A DNA stretch of 64,000 nucleotides, from IMG/VR virus record IMGVR_UViG_3300020048_000012. One strand, written 5' to 3'. Every line of letters starts with the position of its first letter. Positions within the stretch are counted from its first letter, which is position 1. Under the pieces are notes generated by a model that did not search any database, was not told where the DNA came from, and worked only from the letters and a program-made list of their open reading frames with translations. Source of the DNA: a virus. Shown piece by piece: positions 41,526 to 55,462 of this stretch. The position numbers were made by a program, and so were the translations under genes.

Positions 41526-44500
41526 TAGTTATCCTCCGTCTCCCATTCAGTTGCACAAAATGCGAGACGTAATTGCAATTGATTGTCTTCACCGAAATAA
41601 GCAGTGGCGTCAAATCCACCAGATCTATTGTAATAGCTACCTTCACCACCAATTGACACGCCTTCACATGCACCATTTAATAGATCACGTGTCATTTCTT
41701 TCATTTGATCAATGTTAGGAAAATAGGATTCTCCAAATGGAGTCGACCAATGCCAACCGAGCGCCAACATGACTTTTTCGACTTTTTTGAAGTCAAAATT
41801 GTCAATAGTCGTTTCAATCTTTTCTTTGTATTTCATATATTACCAAGTCCTGTGTTTTTCTGCAATTATTTCATATCCATTGTGTTCAACTATACCCCAT
41901 TTGACATCGTCTGGTATTTCAATGACTTGAAGTTTTGAGAAGTCGCCATTCGCTTTAGCTCCAAGCTCTTCAACAGCTTGAACTAAGGCGCTATCATCTC
42001 GCGAAAACAAGTATTCATTCAATTCTATATTAATACGATCGGCTTGATTCAGATGATCGTATGGCGCCGTGTAATAATAGTAAAACCCATTTTCTTTATG
42101 AAAGAAGATTGACATCTGTTTGAGTTCACATATACGAAGAACCGCCTCATGTGATAACCCATAACCACCATAGCGTCGATTCACAACGACTTTTGTCATC
42201 AGTATTTCCTCAGGCCAAGAAGAAGGTCAACGCTGGTGCCGTAAAATGGCAACTTAACTGGTTTACATTCACGATCAATTGCGCATACTTGCACGTAAAG
42301 ATCTCGATCGTCTTGCACTGTGTACACATCAACTTTACTCCCCTTAGGAATCATATTACCATTTGACGAAACGTACATGCTCAGAGTACCAGAGCAAAAA
42401 TCTAAAGTAGTGATCATATAATTCCTTGTTTTGATAAAATCATTATACCATAAAGTCTAATTATTGTACACCATTTTTTGAACTAATGATAGAATAAATG
42501 AACCAAATAATCAAAACAGTGATCACTGGAGCAAAGAACATGAATGCGATGAGTGCGCTTACCGTCTTGCTTCTAACCATAATAGCGTATATGTATGATT
42601 GAACGCATGCGTATAAGAGATATAATGTAATAGTCATTTGTTATTATGTTTTCTAATTAGAACGCCAATTTCTTTAGCTGCGATCTTTGCCTCCATGTGC
42701 AATACTCGCTTATTGACATTGAATATATCAATGCCATTTTCGTCCATTCGTAAGATAACTTGCTTTGCTTTATCTAAAGGAAGCGCAAGAAGTTCTGCGA
42801 TTTGTTCAATCATATTTGATATTAAATTCTTCTTTGAGAAATGCCACCATTTCATCACGATCATACCAATCTCCCATATATTCGACTTCTCCATCGAAGC
42901 GATATACTGTGACAGTGATAAGACCATCATTGTTTTTAACTGACAATGCAGTGTAAGGTCCAAACATATTAATGCACTTCAGTTTTCGTGGTAAAGGTGT
43001 GTAAAACATATGTCAATGAACCTTAGTATCCATGTTAACGACAAATTCATCAGTCGCTTTTTCAATAAAAGCAACTAGTTCTTCTATCAATTCTGGCGAC
43101 GCAGAACTATATTGCATGGAATTTAGCGCCGCGCGAAGTTGAGTAATTACAACCAAATCAATATACATCGAGTACGCCTAAAGAATTGGCATTGACTTCT
43201 TACCAAGTTCGACGATCTTCTCCAGATCATTTGGATCTAGATCAGTTTCATCGAACCAAACGAACGTGCCTGGGAGAACACCAACTGGACCTTTCCACAT
43301 CGTCATGCTTCCATCGGCATAGACTTTAAAAAGTCCGATCGACGTATCGACAATGACGCTGCGCATAGGTTTAACTGAATAGAGTTTCATGGTTTCATCA
43401 CATACATAAAGTAGTAGGCAAATGGAGCTCCAATGAGAACAGCCATAACGAGAGCTTGCGAGAGATCTTTAGAAAAACTTTTCATATTACTTAGCCAACT
43501 TGGTGTAAACACGGCCACCTTTGAAAGGAGCCAACTTCACAGGAGTAACAAAAGCAGAGAAGTCAAACTTTGCACCAGACTCAGACACGTTCTTTGCAGG
43601 ACGACCACGGCCGCGCTTGACAGTAGTAGGAACCACGCCTGTTTCAGCAACTTCACCGGAATAAAATCCTTTAGTTGCGTTATGACGAAGACCGGTAGAA
43701 GTAGTAGTGATCATTTAATGGTTCCTTTTGATTTGATAGATCTATTATACCATAGGATCTAATTAATGTACACAACTTTATGCACTTTTTTGAACTATTT
43801 TCGGTGATGTATGAGCATCAAGATCATTTAAGTGTGTAACTACCGGCGAAGAGCAGGAACAATGACGTACGTCACTATTGATGCTCTAAGTTGTTGATTT
43901 ATATGGGTCATCTTTACTAAAAACGACACCAGGTTCGCGTCCGACATAATACTTATCATCGGGTATTGCAATAACCATTACTTCTTCTTCACCATTAATT
44001 GACATGCAATATGGATCAAATGGATTTGCACATTTAATAATTGCACATCTAGTATCTTCGCCAGCTTCAAATCTATCTAATTTAGATAATAAAGTCAATA
44101 GATTGCGCCGTGAAAGATATAATCTATTTTCGGCATGCATTAGAGGTATCCTAACACCGATCCAAGTGGTGCTAGAAACACACCGATAATACGCAAGACA
44201 ATCATACCCGTGATATTACTAAAATCGAAATTACTATGAGCAATAGCAACAATATTAAGCACCCAGCCCAATATGCATGCAATAATAATTGCAAAACCAA
44301 GTAAAACCGCAATAAGACTAGAATTTGTTTTCATGATTTAATATATTTTGAAGAATCGATATTTTTAATATCGACTATTGTCATTTTGTATTCAGGGAGA
44401 TCTTTAATTTGTTCTAGAAAGTTATCTAGAATCCGGTGCATATACGACGATAGCCCTTCTTCCGCATTCAGACATACGTATGTACTACCTGAAAAATTCT

Positions 44501-46783
44501 CGAATTCATAACGATTTTCATATTTCTTTACATTTGTTACGCCCGATGATAACTTCCAAGAGTCAGCGCCTGCAAATCCACCAAACCAACCTGCAAATAC
44601 TTTATATGTCGTCTCAATGCCATTACTAGTTTCTAGTAAGATCCATTTGTCTGGGTAATACGTCGACATTCAATTTCCTTAAAATTTATGCCATCGGAGA
44701 ATTGATGGTATTTTCTTTTTGTAACTTCCATTGATGATTCGATATGCGCGTCTTCATTGTCATCGCCTGTCGACTTATCATTGTCCCCATTTCTGGGATC
44801 CATCCACGTCTACGGCATGTCATGATCTCTGACTTTATCGTTAGAATCTTTTTGGACTTACGAATTTTCATCGTTAATTGAATTTTCATCATTCGATGAT
44901 ATTGTCGAAGAGCCATCTGATAACTGAATTTTCGAAAAGACCGCAATGTTTTAGACTTGCTTGTCTGACGCGACCAGATACGAAGACGTTTAATTGGCAG
45001 TCGTTTCAGCCAATGTCCCAAGCGAGTTCTCAATCGTCTTGCGTGAATTTGCGAAAAATCCATAATTGTTCTATATCAAAGCTTTTGTTCTTCTAGCGAA
45101 GTGAAAAAATTCTTTTTCTTCAATTCAATAGGCCAACTAGAGCTATATTCATTTTCTTTGTCTAGCATTGAAATTGCTTCTACTTCACTTACAACTCGGT
45201 GACCCACAATTTGTTCTCCAAGATATTCCTGGCTGAATTCTTTAGCGGCTTCCATAGTCACAGTGTCAAGAGCCCATTCAGTTTTACCCTTGGGGACTTC
45301 TACAGCGTATCGCACGCGGTACGTCATGATCGTATCTACCATGACAAGTTCGGTTTCTGTCTCATCTTTGACTACAGTCGGCCAAGATTCCAAAGACTTT
45401 ACCATTTGATCAATTGCATTAGGTTGGATTTTATCCAATTGTTCTTGCTTCATGAGTTCAACGAATTTTTCAAACTCCTGCGAATAGTTGCACGACCAAT
45501 CAATATTTCCTTCACCAGGACCCCACGGTTCATCGCCCCAAAAACAAAACCCAGCTTGCTCAGCAAGTTCTTTAACGCGCTTTTCCATAATTTTTCCTTA
45601 AAATTTACTCATTTGAATACTGCCATGCATGCCTTAAAATCTTCGTTGGCACCTTTACCAAGTTCCATGTTTTCGTCTATCCATGTAGTCTTAAGACTTC
45701 CATCTTTGAGGGTTTCATATTGCACTTCGTTAATCACCGTCCATGGACCACCCATACGATTACCTGGATTCTGGTCGTGGTGAACATCTTGAGATCCGCC
45801 AAGGTCAAGTTTACTAACGTGCGAACCTGAACAACCAGCAATGAAGTGAATCTGATCATTTGGTTTCCGGCAAATTACAACGGTTCCAGATTTCCACTCA
45901 TTCGCAATTTCTTTGATAGTGACTTTACTTTTACCCATCAGACATTGCGATGCAGGAAGAATAGCCCAAGAATTAGAGAATTTCATGTAAGTCCTTTTGA
46001 TTTGATGATTTATTATACCATAAAATCTAATTATTGTACATAGTTAAATCGCGCTGCGAACTTTTCAGCGTCAGAGCGAAGACGGTATTCGCGCACTTTT
46101 GTAGTAACCCAATATGATTCTTGACGTATGCTGTCAAACTTAAATTCTCTAACTAGCACAACATGCATTGGATGAGCGGCTGTAGCTGGCCTGATATGTG
46201 CTTCAATTTTATTAGTCATCATAATTCCTTACTTTGAGCTTTTATCTTTGATTATTTTCAATTGTTCTGGCGTTAGTTTAAATAAGGCGACCCATTTCCC
46301 ATCAATATTTTTGCACAAAAACCCAACGCTAGATATTTTGTACATTTTAATATACTCGTTTGATAAAGTCAACTGGAGCATTTGAGTACGTGACCTTACG
46401 AAATTGGCACCACGCGTATTCTTCACTTGGAGCAATCAACGAGATTATAACGTCATTGCCCTTAAAGTCGTACGTGTAAAAATCGTACCGATGTTCAGTA
46501 ACTTTATTCATAGTCAAATTGCTTTAAGAAGAGTTGCGCCAACATTCCATTTGCCATTCGAACCGGCATCAACCTCAATCATTTTCACTTTAATCTTTGT
46601 AATCACGCCAACGATAGGATGACCACGTTTAGAATCCCATTTCACAGATTGGCCAATCTGAAACTGACGAGTTGCCATTTTGACACGAGCACCGACGCGG
46701 CTCTTAATCAGTGCAACGATGGTCGCATTAAGAGCTCGGAGTTCGCTTTCAGAAAGCTTAGAGAGGAGTGCAATGTCAGTCAT
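41525..46783 (-). other. cluster of small early hypothetical ORFs (e.g. 41525-41836, 41840-42199, 42199-42417, 42806-43009, 43178-43390, 43487-43714, 43886-44140, 44140-44334, 44331-44669, 45076-45588, 45609-45986, 46031-46222, 46229-46435, 46514-46783)
   Basis: ORF track, co-oriented, interleaved with early promoters. Confidence 0.6.
43857..43907. repeat. promoter-upstream module copy 4
   Basis: gaacaatgacgtacgtcactattgatgctctaagttgttgatttatatggg. Confidence 0.9.
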
Positions 46784-46903
46784 TTCGATTCCTTTTGATT
46801 TGATGGTTTATTATACCACTAAATCTAATTAATGTACACCGTTATTTACAGCCTTCAGGATGACTCAAGAGGCTTTACGCGGGTGGATACTCACTTATGG
46901 CAT

Positions 46904-46954
46904 GAACAATGACGTACGCCACTATTGGCGCTCTAAGTTGTTGATTTATATAGG
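46904..46954. repeat. promoter-upstream module copy 5
   Basis: gaacaatgacgtacgccactattggcgctctaagttgttgatttatatagg. Confidence 0.9.
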
Positions 46955-47452
46955 TCATTTATAGAAAAAATCTATATGGTCTTCAAGATCTTTATCTCTA
47001 TGCCCAAGAATACTTAATGCTGCACATAATTCATGGACTCTAAATCCGTACAAGTTCATACAATGAACAAAATGATCACTTTGGGACTCTAGCATGTCGC
47101 TATCATCGTCCAGAATCACATAATTATGAACATTAGTCTGCGAATCAAGCCATTCTTGGATTTCATCGCCACGGCATGAGCCATATCCACCACGACCTGT
47201 CAATCCAATGATTGGCGCATCCCATCCATAACCCTTGAAGATTTCAATCATATCTTCAACGGTGCGACCAATTCTCCACGTTGAGGAGATGACAATCTTT
47301 GCTTCAGTTTTATCACATAATCTTTTAAGCAATCCAATAGCGCTTAGATCTAAACGCTGAGGATGTTCATTAGAACGCCCTAAAGCGTGATAGGCGACAG
47401 TACTACTGACAGAGTTCAGCACTCCGTCGATGTCAAGCATAATTACATTCAT
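46955..47452 (-). CDS. HAD domain protein of Swiss-Army-Knife RNA repair type
   Basis: MLDIDGVLNS, IVISSTWR, RGDEIQEWL, YVILDDDSDML. Confidence 0.82.
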   Translation of the reverse strand: MNVIMLDIDGVLNSVSSTVAYHALGRSNEHPQRLDLSAIGLLKRLCDKTEAKIVISSTWRIGRTVEDMIEIFKGYGWDAPIIGLTGRGGYGSCRGDEIQEWLDSQTNVHNYVILDDDSDMLESQSDHFVHCMNLYGFRVHELCAALSILGHRDKDLEDHIDFFYK

Positions 47453-47985
47453 AGTCGAAACTTCTCTAGTACTTGATTTGCTTCAAAAAGACAACTATCT
47501 TCAACTTCTTCGTCAATAGATGCAAGAATAATTAATCTAGAAAGCAATTCACATTCATGTTGCAAGTCTTTTGGTAACGAGGCAATGAATACGAGGTAAT
47601 CTTCATATGTTTCGCAGGCCCACATAATGTCAAGAAAATCGCGTTGACGCTGAGTGATTCCAGTGATACTAATAGCCATTGTCATTCCTTACATTGTGTG
47701 ATAGAGTTCCATACTTGGATCATTGCATGTTCCAAGATCTCGTCGAGGAATTTCACATTCGATTCCACTCAAAACATTCTTGACTTTGACAGTCGTATCG
47801 CCATTTAAACGTGCAATTCGTGCTACAAATTCTTTTTGTTTGCGCTTAGGAAGAAGTGCAAGCATCTCGATACAAGTGCTTTCTAGATATCCCGTGCAGT
47901 ACGAATAAGTGCTATATTTCTCGACTTGATCTTTTATCATTTGATCGAGTTCTTGACGAAATTCAATTTGATTATTGCTATTAAA
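47449..47985 (-). other. two hypothetical ORFs (47449-47685, 47689-47985)
   Basis: ORF track. Confidence 0.55.
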
Positions 47986-47996
47986 CATTTTAATCC

Positions 47997-48905
47997 TTAG
48001 TTGCAGAGGATATATTCTGCCATTGATTTCCAATCTTGTCCTGCGCTAGCACGAATTTTAGTCACTTGGATAAGTGTGCGCAAATTGATTTCTTTTGCTG
48101 CATTTTTCAATTCACGAATAAGAGCAAGAGCATCGAGTTTTTCAGTCATTGCAAATTCAGACATAAATTCTTCAGATTTTACAATGTGAGACATACGATC
48201 GATCTTCTGATCTTCAGTCATTGTCAGATCAATCATCATTGAGCGACTACGAATTGCTTGATCGATAGCAGATTGGTCGAGATTCGAAATAAAGATTACA
48301 CGACCAGTGAAGTTGAAGCTACGTGGCAGGTCTTCGTCACGCATGTCTGCGTTCCAGGAGATGATGCGCTTGCCGTATGAATCCAAAGCACCTTTAAGCA
48401 AATTCAAAGCAACAGGATCTTTCAGTACTGCGTCACAGTCATCAAACACGATGACAGAATCGTTATTCTCAAAGAGAGTCCTATACAAACCCTTTGCAGT
48501 AGAGTAACCTTTGACTTGCACGAACACTTTTGCACGATTGATACGAGTACCAACTTCAACATCAGACAAGTCAGACATATCTTTGTAACCAGCTTTTGCA
48601 AGCGTATTCAAAACTGTGAAAGTTTTTCCAAGACCACCTTGACCTGTGATTACAGCAGATGCTTGAACATTCGAAGCAACCATGTTCACCAGTTTTTCGA
48701 CAAAATCAAATCGCGTATTGATCTCAAACTTTGTAGAAACGCTTGGTTCGATTGCGCCGGCAATTTCGTCATAAGATTTCTTTACACCAGTGATCTTTTT
48801 GTACATGTATTCGATGTAGTCTTTCTTAGAAGTCTTGAATGCATTGCCGTCGATTTCGCAAGAATACTTACCAGAAGATTTTTCGAAGGAGATACGAGTA
48901 GACAT
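47997..48905 (-). CDS. P-loop ATPase (AAA-like)
   Basis: Walker A GQGGLGKT, Walker B VIVFDDCD, IRSRS arginine finger. Confidence 0.85.
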   Translation of the reverse strand: MSTRISFEKSSGKYSCEIDGNAFKTSKKDYIEYMYKKITGVKKSYDEIAGAIEPSVSTKFEINTRFDFVEKLVNMVASNVQASAVITGQGGLGKTFTVLNTLAKAGYKDMSDLSDVEVGTRINRAKVFVQVKGYSTAKGLYRTLFENNDSVIVFDDCDAVLKDPVALNLLKGALDSYGKRIISWNADMRDEDLPRSFNFTGRVIFISNLDQSAIDQAIRSRSMMIDLTMTEDQKIDRMSHIVKSEEFMSEFAMTEKLDALALIRELKNAAKEINLRTLIQVTKIRASAGQDWKSMAEYILCN

Positions 48906-49031
48906 TTTACTTTGCTTGTTTGGTTTTGATGGATTTATTATACCACGAAATCTAATTTCTGTACACCGTTATTTTAAGCGTTCAGGATCACTCGAGTCTC
49001 TTTATGCTGGTAGATTACTAACAAATAGCAG

Positions 49032-49082
49032 GAACAATGACGTACGTCTCTTTTAGTGCTCTAAGTTGTTGATTAATATAGG
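49032..49082. repeat. promoter-upstream module copy 6
   Basis: gaacaatgacgtacgtctcttttagtgctctaagttgttgattaatatagg. Confidence 0.88.
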
Positions 49083-52000
49083 TTACGATTGATCAAAGAT
49101 CCGACAAATTGCACGGTGTCATGGTAATCACAGTCTTCTTCAGTGACTTTATAATCCTCTACGATCATTTCTTCTTTTACGTCTAGAACCATCTCGACGG
49201 GAACTTCCAAGACTTCAGCAATACGAAAGACATTGTCGCCTTGCTCGAGCAGTTCTGTGATGGCGAGATGGAGTTCACTCATTTTACTCATGATATGTCC
49301 TTTTGATTTGATGGATCTATTATACCACGAAATCTAATTAATGTACACCGTTATTTTAGCCTGTTTGGCGGCGTAAGCCAGAACTTTTTGGCTGCTTCGA
49401 ATGTAAAATTTTTAGACGTCGAGATCTTAGTCAAAAAGTCTTCTTCTTCGTAAGTCAACGTCGGGACTTCTCGATCATGAATTTTAAAATGACTTTGAAT
49501 ACGGTTGCCGATCAAATACGCGACATTCGCTCCATGCATATCATCATTATCGAACAAATTGTCGCCAATTGCATATGCTTCTTCTAGGCATACATCAATA
49601 ATCGCTGATGCAAAGATGTCTTGAAACATTGCGTCAGAATACACCTCTGGAACAATCGACTGGCCCATTTCACGTTTTACAGCAGCTTTAGCTTTATCGA
49701 CTAAATCTTGGATGACATTATTCATGATACAACACGCCCATTTGCAATTGATTCCTTGGTCCAATTGAATGGATTGTCAAGCCACTTTTTGAATGCGGTC
49801 GTCATTGAAGGCTCACCTTTGAGAACTAATGTAAGACCTGATGTCATGACATTAAAACTTACTAAAGATAAGCCAAGAAAGCGAGCATCTTCCATGTATT
49901 GATCAAATAATTTGTAATCTAGGTTTGTGTATGTAACGGTATTCATAGTGTAAGTTCTTTCGGAGAATAATCGATTCGACCTTGATAGTCAAGTTGATCT
50001 TTTTCAAATGAAGTGAGATAATCGTCGTCAACTATCTTCCAATCGATGACGTATTCATACAAATATTCGTTATTACGTTCTATCTTAGAGATAATCGCAT
50101 CCACTACGCCAGCGCAGGCATCGAGCGTCTTAAAATTCTTGACTACATAGTCACAACTGCCTTTGGCTTTCCAGTATTGAGGGCATTCGCCTTCACCATC
50201 CCACTCGTGGCCGCCATAATTTTCGTACACCTGAGTTATGAAAAGAAGCTTCATTAAACACCCAATTCTATAAGTTGAATTGCACGATCGTACGCTTTGT
50301 CTTCGGTGACAGTCCAAGTATAAACCTCACCATCAATGATGATCGCATATCCTTCGTCTTGAAGTTCAATCTTTACGCGATTAGCAAGAGTTGCAACCAA
50401 TGACTCGAAAGTCTTACCGGCATCGTACAGCATAATTAAATCCTTTGTTTGAAGTGTCTATTATACCACAAAATCTAATTAATGTACACTGTTTTTCATA
50501 GTTCGCCTTCCTGTACGATCTTAGATGTTACAGGAGCATAACATCTCTTTACATGTCGCAATGCTTGTTTGGCGTCGCCGAATTGTTTTCTCGCCTTATA
50601 ATGCACGAAAATATCATGCACATAAACCCATTTTGGATTTTTAAAGAAGAATGACAATTCTTCATATTGTGCATAGAACACAGAATGGCCAATCCCATCA
50701 ATCTCTTCAATAATTCGATACTTCATCGTTATACCCAAATCGCTCTTCAATATACTGAATCTGTTCGTCTAATAATTCATTTTTATAACACCCAATGACT
50801 TCGCCATTGTATGGGTCTTTAGTCTTAGACTCATGTATTACTGTGATGCATTCTTCCATAAGTAATTTTGCGAATGCGTCAAGATATTCAGTTAGATCAA
50901 CGTGACTCATCCATCCGGTTATCAATTCGCCATTACATTTGTATACTAATTGTGATGCAATCACCAATTCTGTAATTCGTTCGTTCATAGCAATTGGAAT
51001 TTAATTATCAAGCGTTCTAGCACTAAGTACCAAGACCAAAATGGAATAAAAAGAGCGAAGAGTGTTGACCAAAATCCATTAGCAATCACGATTCCAGACA
51101 CCCACATAATAATGAAAATAAGTTGTACAAAATTTTTCATTATCATTCCTTATTAATTTTATCCACGAGATCAGTCAAAGCCGTAAAAATGCTTCCGCGG
51201 TATTCAACTTCATAGCTATGTTTCTGACCATCTATCATTGTAACAACAATTGCACTATTGTACGAATTTAATTCGACACTAGCAATCTGGCCTGATGCGA
51301 CGTATAACCTATCAGATAATCTAATCATCATAATTTTTCCTATATCAATAAATTTTAGTGAATTGAAAATTCATTGGCACTTTTCTAGAACGTCTGCGAT
51401 AAAAATGTCTTCAAATGATTCGTGATCAGATTCAACTACTTTATTGCGGATAGTATTAAATGCACGAACCATTTCTACATAGTCACCCAGATGTTTTTCT
51501 AAATGTTTCTCGACCATAGCAATGGTATCTTCAAGACACCAATTATCTAAACATGAAATCATCGTACGTACAATACATTCAAGTTGATCTGCTGTTTGAG
51601 CATCATATACCTTGATATCACCATAACTTTTCCATACAACTACCTTCATTATTTCTCCACAGGCCAGTATTTATCGGAGAATCGTCGGCACCAAGTGCCA
51701 CATGCTGCACATCCGATTAGCGTAAATACAATTTTAAAAAAATCTAAACTGATCAACTGAATTCCAACGATGATTGCAATCATCAGCACGAACATAAAAA
51801 TTCGCATTTGTTTATTAGTAAATTTCATTATTCAACTCCAAAGTGTTTCTTGATCAGTTCTGCACACCGCATATCAGCGGTAGTGATTCCAAACCCACCA
51901 CCATCAGTATAATATTGGTCAGTGCATAGGTCAGCACACTTTAACACAATCAACTCTGCGAATTTTTTCTCCCATTCCCAAGCATAGTTTTTGTCAATGC

Positions 52001-54102
52001 CAGCACATTCTTTTTCTGCTTGTTCAGCTAATTCTTTAATGCGTTCGTTCATTTCAGCTCCAAAAGTTCTTTTTCTTCTTCAGTCAATTTATCTAATGCA
52101 ACTTGCCTAGCCAAAAACTTGCGAATTGCCTCTGCTTCACGTTCTTCTTTCCATTCGACTTCTCGGTTGATACGGTGCAATTCTTCGTCTGTATCTGATC
52201 CATATTTTAAATCCAATGTGGCTTTATTATAACTATCGTCACGATCATGCAATAAGAAAGTCATATCTTTCACCTTCACTTCAAAATTTGCAGCTTGGGC
52301 TCGTTGCAACAACGCCATAAGACGTTGTGGATAAGTCACTCGCTGTTCTTCGTAATACATTGTGAGCTCAACTGCCACACGAGCTGTACGTTCAGATTTT
52401 GTTTCTTTTGTCATAATATATTCTCGATTTAAAGGAATTGTACGTTCTTACGAATTTTAATGCTACGGATGATTCGCATCTGGTCATCAAGCAAAATACT
52501 GAGAAGTACTTTACGCATTGGATCAGTTTCGGCTCTCCATTTGTTTTGAAGCTCCAAAGCAGTTGATACTGCAGCATTTTTGCGAATATGTTTCTTAACT
52601 TGATCTGGATCAACAAGAGCTTGACGCCCACCGATTGTCATTTGAACTTTTTGCATATTAGGTCCTTTTGATTTGATAGATGAATTATATCACAAAATCA
52701 AACTAAATCAAAAACTATTGCAAATATAACTTTTATTCATTAAACGAAATAGTCAGCCACAAAGAATAACTATCCCATTTCATATCAGGAAATGATTCTT
52801 CCACTACTTCATCAATAATGTTATAATTTTTTATGTCATGTGTGATAATTGTAGGAAGAAAATGAGATTGATGTATGCGATAACCAATCTTAGGAATCGA
52901 ATACATCCCACTAAACTTATTCTCTGCAAGTGTTGCTTTATTAACAATCAAGTATTCTAATATAGATTTGATTGCAAGTTTCATTGAATTGGAGTTCATG
53001 ATGTTATCATTTTTTGTTAGTTAACAAGCGATTGATTGGCTTGGTTCCATCGAAACCCCAAGCACTGGAAGTAGAATTCACTCATGAGTTCTGCTGGTGC
53101 CAGTTTGATCGTTGCGATTATCATTTCAATTGTTCCTGTAAAAGAGCCATGCATTAAATGATTTGAAGTTTACTTGACCAGTCTTAACCCATTCGTACAT
53201 CAGCTTTTCAGTCACTTCTTCAATGGTGTAAACTTTACAGTTTGAAGAGAAAGTGTGTTTGTCTGCATTATAAGTAATCATTCTATTTCCTTGATTTGAT
53301 AGATTTATTATACCATAAAATCTAATTAATGTACACCGTTTAATAAGGTTGACTCATGCGCCAATCCAAGCAAGCGTACTTGTTTTGAGGAAACATTTTA
53401 TTCCACTTCTTGACATGAATGTAATGCGTGCCTGGGGAACAGTCGCCAATTTTTACTTTGTTGGCATAATACTCCATTGTGCGAGGGTTTGTATCAAAGT
53501 GCCAACATAGTGCCAAAAACTCTGCCGGTGTGCAATAAGCGTGTACTGCGTCTTGATAAAACTGTGTGCACTTGCGCAAAGCACGCTTAGTGATCTTTGG
53601 AATGCTTTTGCGATCTGGCGTCATAACATTACTTAAAATTAATTGGGACACAAAATTTATCTTTCCATGCTCGATATGCATTACTTAAAAATGTATCGCT
53701 CTTAGGAGATTTGTGTTTATTTAAATTCTTTTCATTGTAATGATCAAACGCTTTGAACGCCATATAAACACCAGTGAATATCACGCCAGCACCAGATAAA
53801 ATCATACCAACATTACCGACCTCGGTGAAAAACCACTGACCAACCAACACGCTAAAATAGATACCAAGTAATGTATGAATCACGATATTTGAAACCGTAG
53901 CGAAAAAAACAATGCCAACAATTACTAAAAATAGAGCAAAAAGTACTCGCTTACTATATGTGCAGATATCACCGGAATCACCACTTACTGTATACAATTC
54001 GCCATCGCCCCAAATGTCTTGTTGATGCGGTGCTTCGTATAATTTGAGCTTCGACACCAGACGATAGTGCCAAGAGTTCTTGTTAAAATTCAATGCTTTC
54101 AT
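49073..54102 (-). other. cluster of small early hypothetical ORFs (e.g. 49073-49291, 49351-49722, 49722-49946, 49943-50254, 50496-50726, 50707-50988, 51143-51331, 51371-51649, 51828-52052, 52049-52414, 52429-52656, 52733-52999, 53340-53681, 53629-54102)
   Basis: ORF track, co-oriented. Confidence 0.6.
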
Positions 54103-54260
54103 ATTATTCCATGATTTTGATTAATTACATTCTAGCTGAGCCACAGCTATATGGAACAGAATGCTCAAGCCCTTTGTGTCCGCATGTTCCAATTATTGGA
54201 GAAGGGCACAAGTCTTTATAAGGACACTCAGTATTAGGAGGTATTTTCCCGTCGATTAAT

Positions 54261-54713
54261 TTATTCATGAGATGCCAACACTTTTCGAAGTTCTAAATAA
54301 AACATCTGATACTTTGTCATACGTGCAAGATCTTTTTCAGTGACACCTTTCAACCGACGAATATCAGAGTTGTGACGCAAGTCAGCCATCTTCACTCGCA
54401 TTGCATCGATGCTAGACATCACAACCAATTTGTATTCATCGAGCGTCTGGCCAGGTTGCTTCGTCAAAGCTCGAATAGCATCAATAACTCGCTCGGAGAT
54501 TCCTGCTACTCGAAGATCTGCGTATGTGACTGAGGTATCTTCGATCACATCATGACCAAGGGCGATACACATCAGTTCTTCGTCATCGCTTTTCAAATAA
54601 TGCATGACTTTCAGAGGATGCAAGATGTAAGGCATGCCGCCTTTATCGAATTGACCATGATGAGCCGAAGTCGCAATATGCAACATTTGAGCAATCATTT
54701 CACCTTTTTTCAT
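54261..54713 (-). CDS. HD-domain (p)ppGpp hydrolase-like protein (small alarmone hydrolase / Mesh1-like)
   Basis: AHHGQFDKGGMPYILHP, ALGHDVIEDT, VKMADLRHNSD. Confidence 0.82.
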   Translation of the reverse strand: MKKGEMIAQMLHIATSAHHGQFDKGGMPYILHPLKVMHYLKSDDEELMCIALGHDVIEDTSVTYADLRVAGISERVIDAIRALTKQPGQTLDEYKLVVMSSIDAMRVKMADLRHNSDIRRLKGVTEKDLARMTKYQMFYLELRKVLASHE

Positions 54714-55339
54714 TCTATACTCCTTGGAATCATTCTTTCAAGTTTACGGCGGTTAATTTGTTTAACTTTGCCAAGCCGACCAGGCTTCCGATACAAATAT
54801 CCCCACTTGAGCGTCGTGATTAAGTCGTACCCTTGCACATAGACTTTAGCGTATTTGTTTTGATCATATGACAATACAATCACGTGACGAATTGGTGCAG
54901 GCATTTCAGCAGCGTCACCAAGATCAACGAACGGGTAGTCCGTCCAAGCAGAAACGCGGTTGCATTTTTTCATATCCTACTCCTTCGTTAATGCCTGGGC
55001 ATAAGTTTCACCGCCTTGATCACGTGCAACACTCACACCACCTGCCAGCTTCCATCCAAAAGCAAGAAACTCTTCGACCTTCACGGCCAATTTCCAAGTA
55101 GAACTCTCAGTCAGTACAGTATATCTCATAATAAATCCTTAACGATCTTTGAGACGTTTCATCACAGCGACGACTTCTGGATCTTCCATCAGTTCATTGA
55201 ACTTTTCAGTGGCGAACTCAACGATGAAAGCTTCTTCTTCAGGCGTAAGTGGAATGTATTTTGGCGCATTAGGAGTTCCGATTTCTCGCTTGATCATGCA
55301 AAGCATTTCATAACGTTGTTTGCGGGTGAGAAAGTTCAT
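54710..55339 (-). other. hypothetical ORFs (54710-54973, 55139-55339)
   Basis: ORF track. Confidence 0.55.
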
Positions 55340-55462
55340 TTTGATTCATTCCTTGATTTGATAGATTAATTATACCACAAGATCTAATTAATGTACACCG
55401 TTATTTTGAGTCACAAGATGTCACAAATGCCATGAACGAGTATGTCTACCCACTCATGGCAT

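Noticed and set aside
44686-45063. Highly basic 125-aa ORF as a nucleoid or RNA-binding protein
   Set aside because: Composition looks unlike neighbouring genes, and I cannot confirm the frame or any motif
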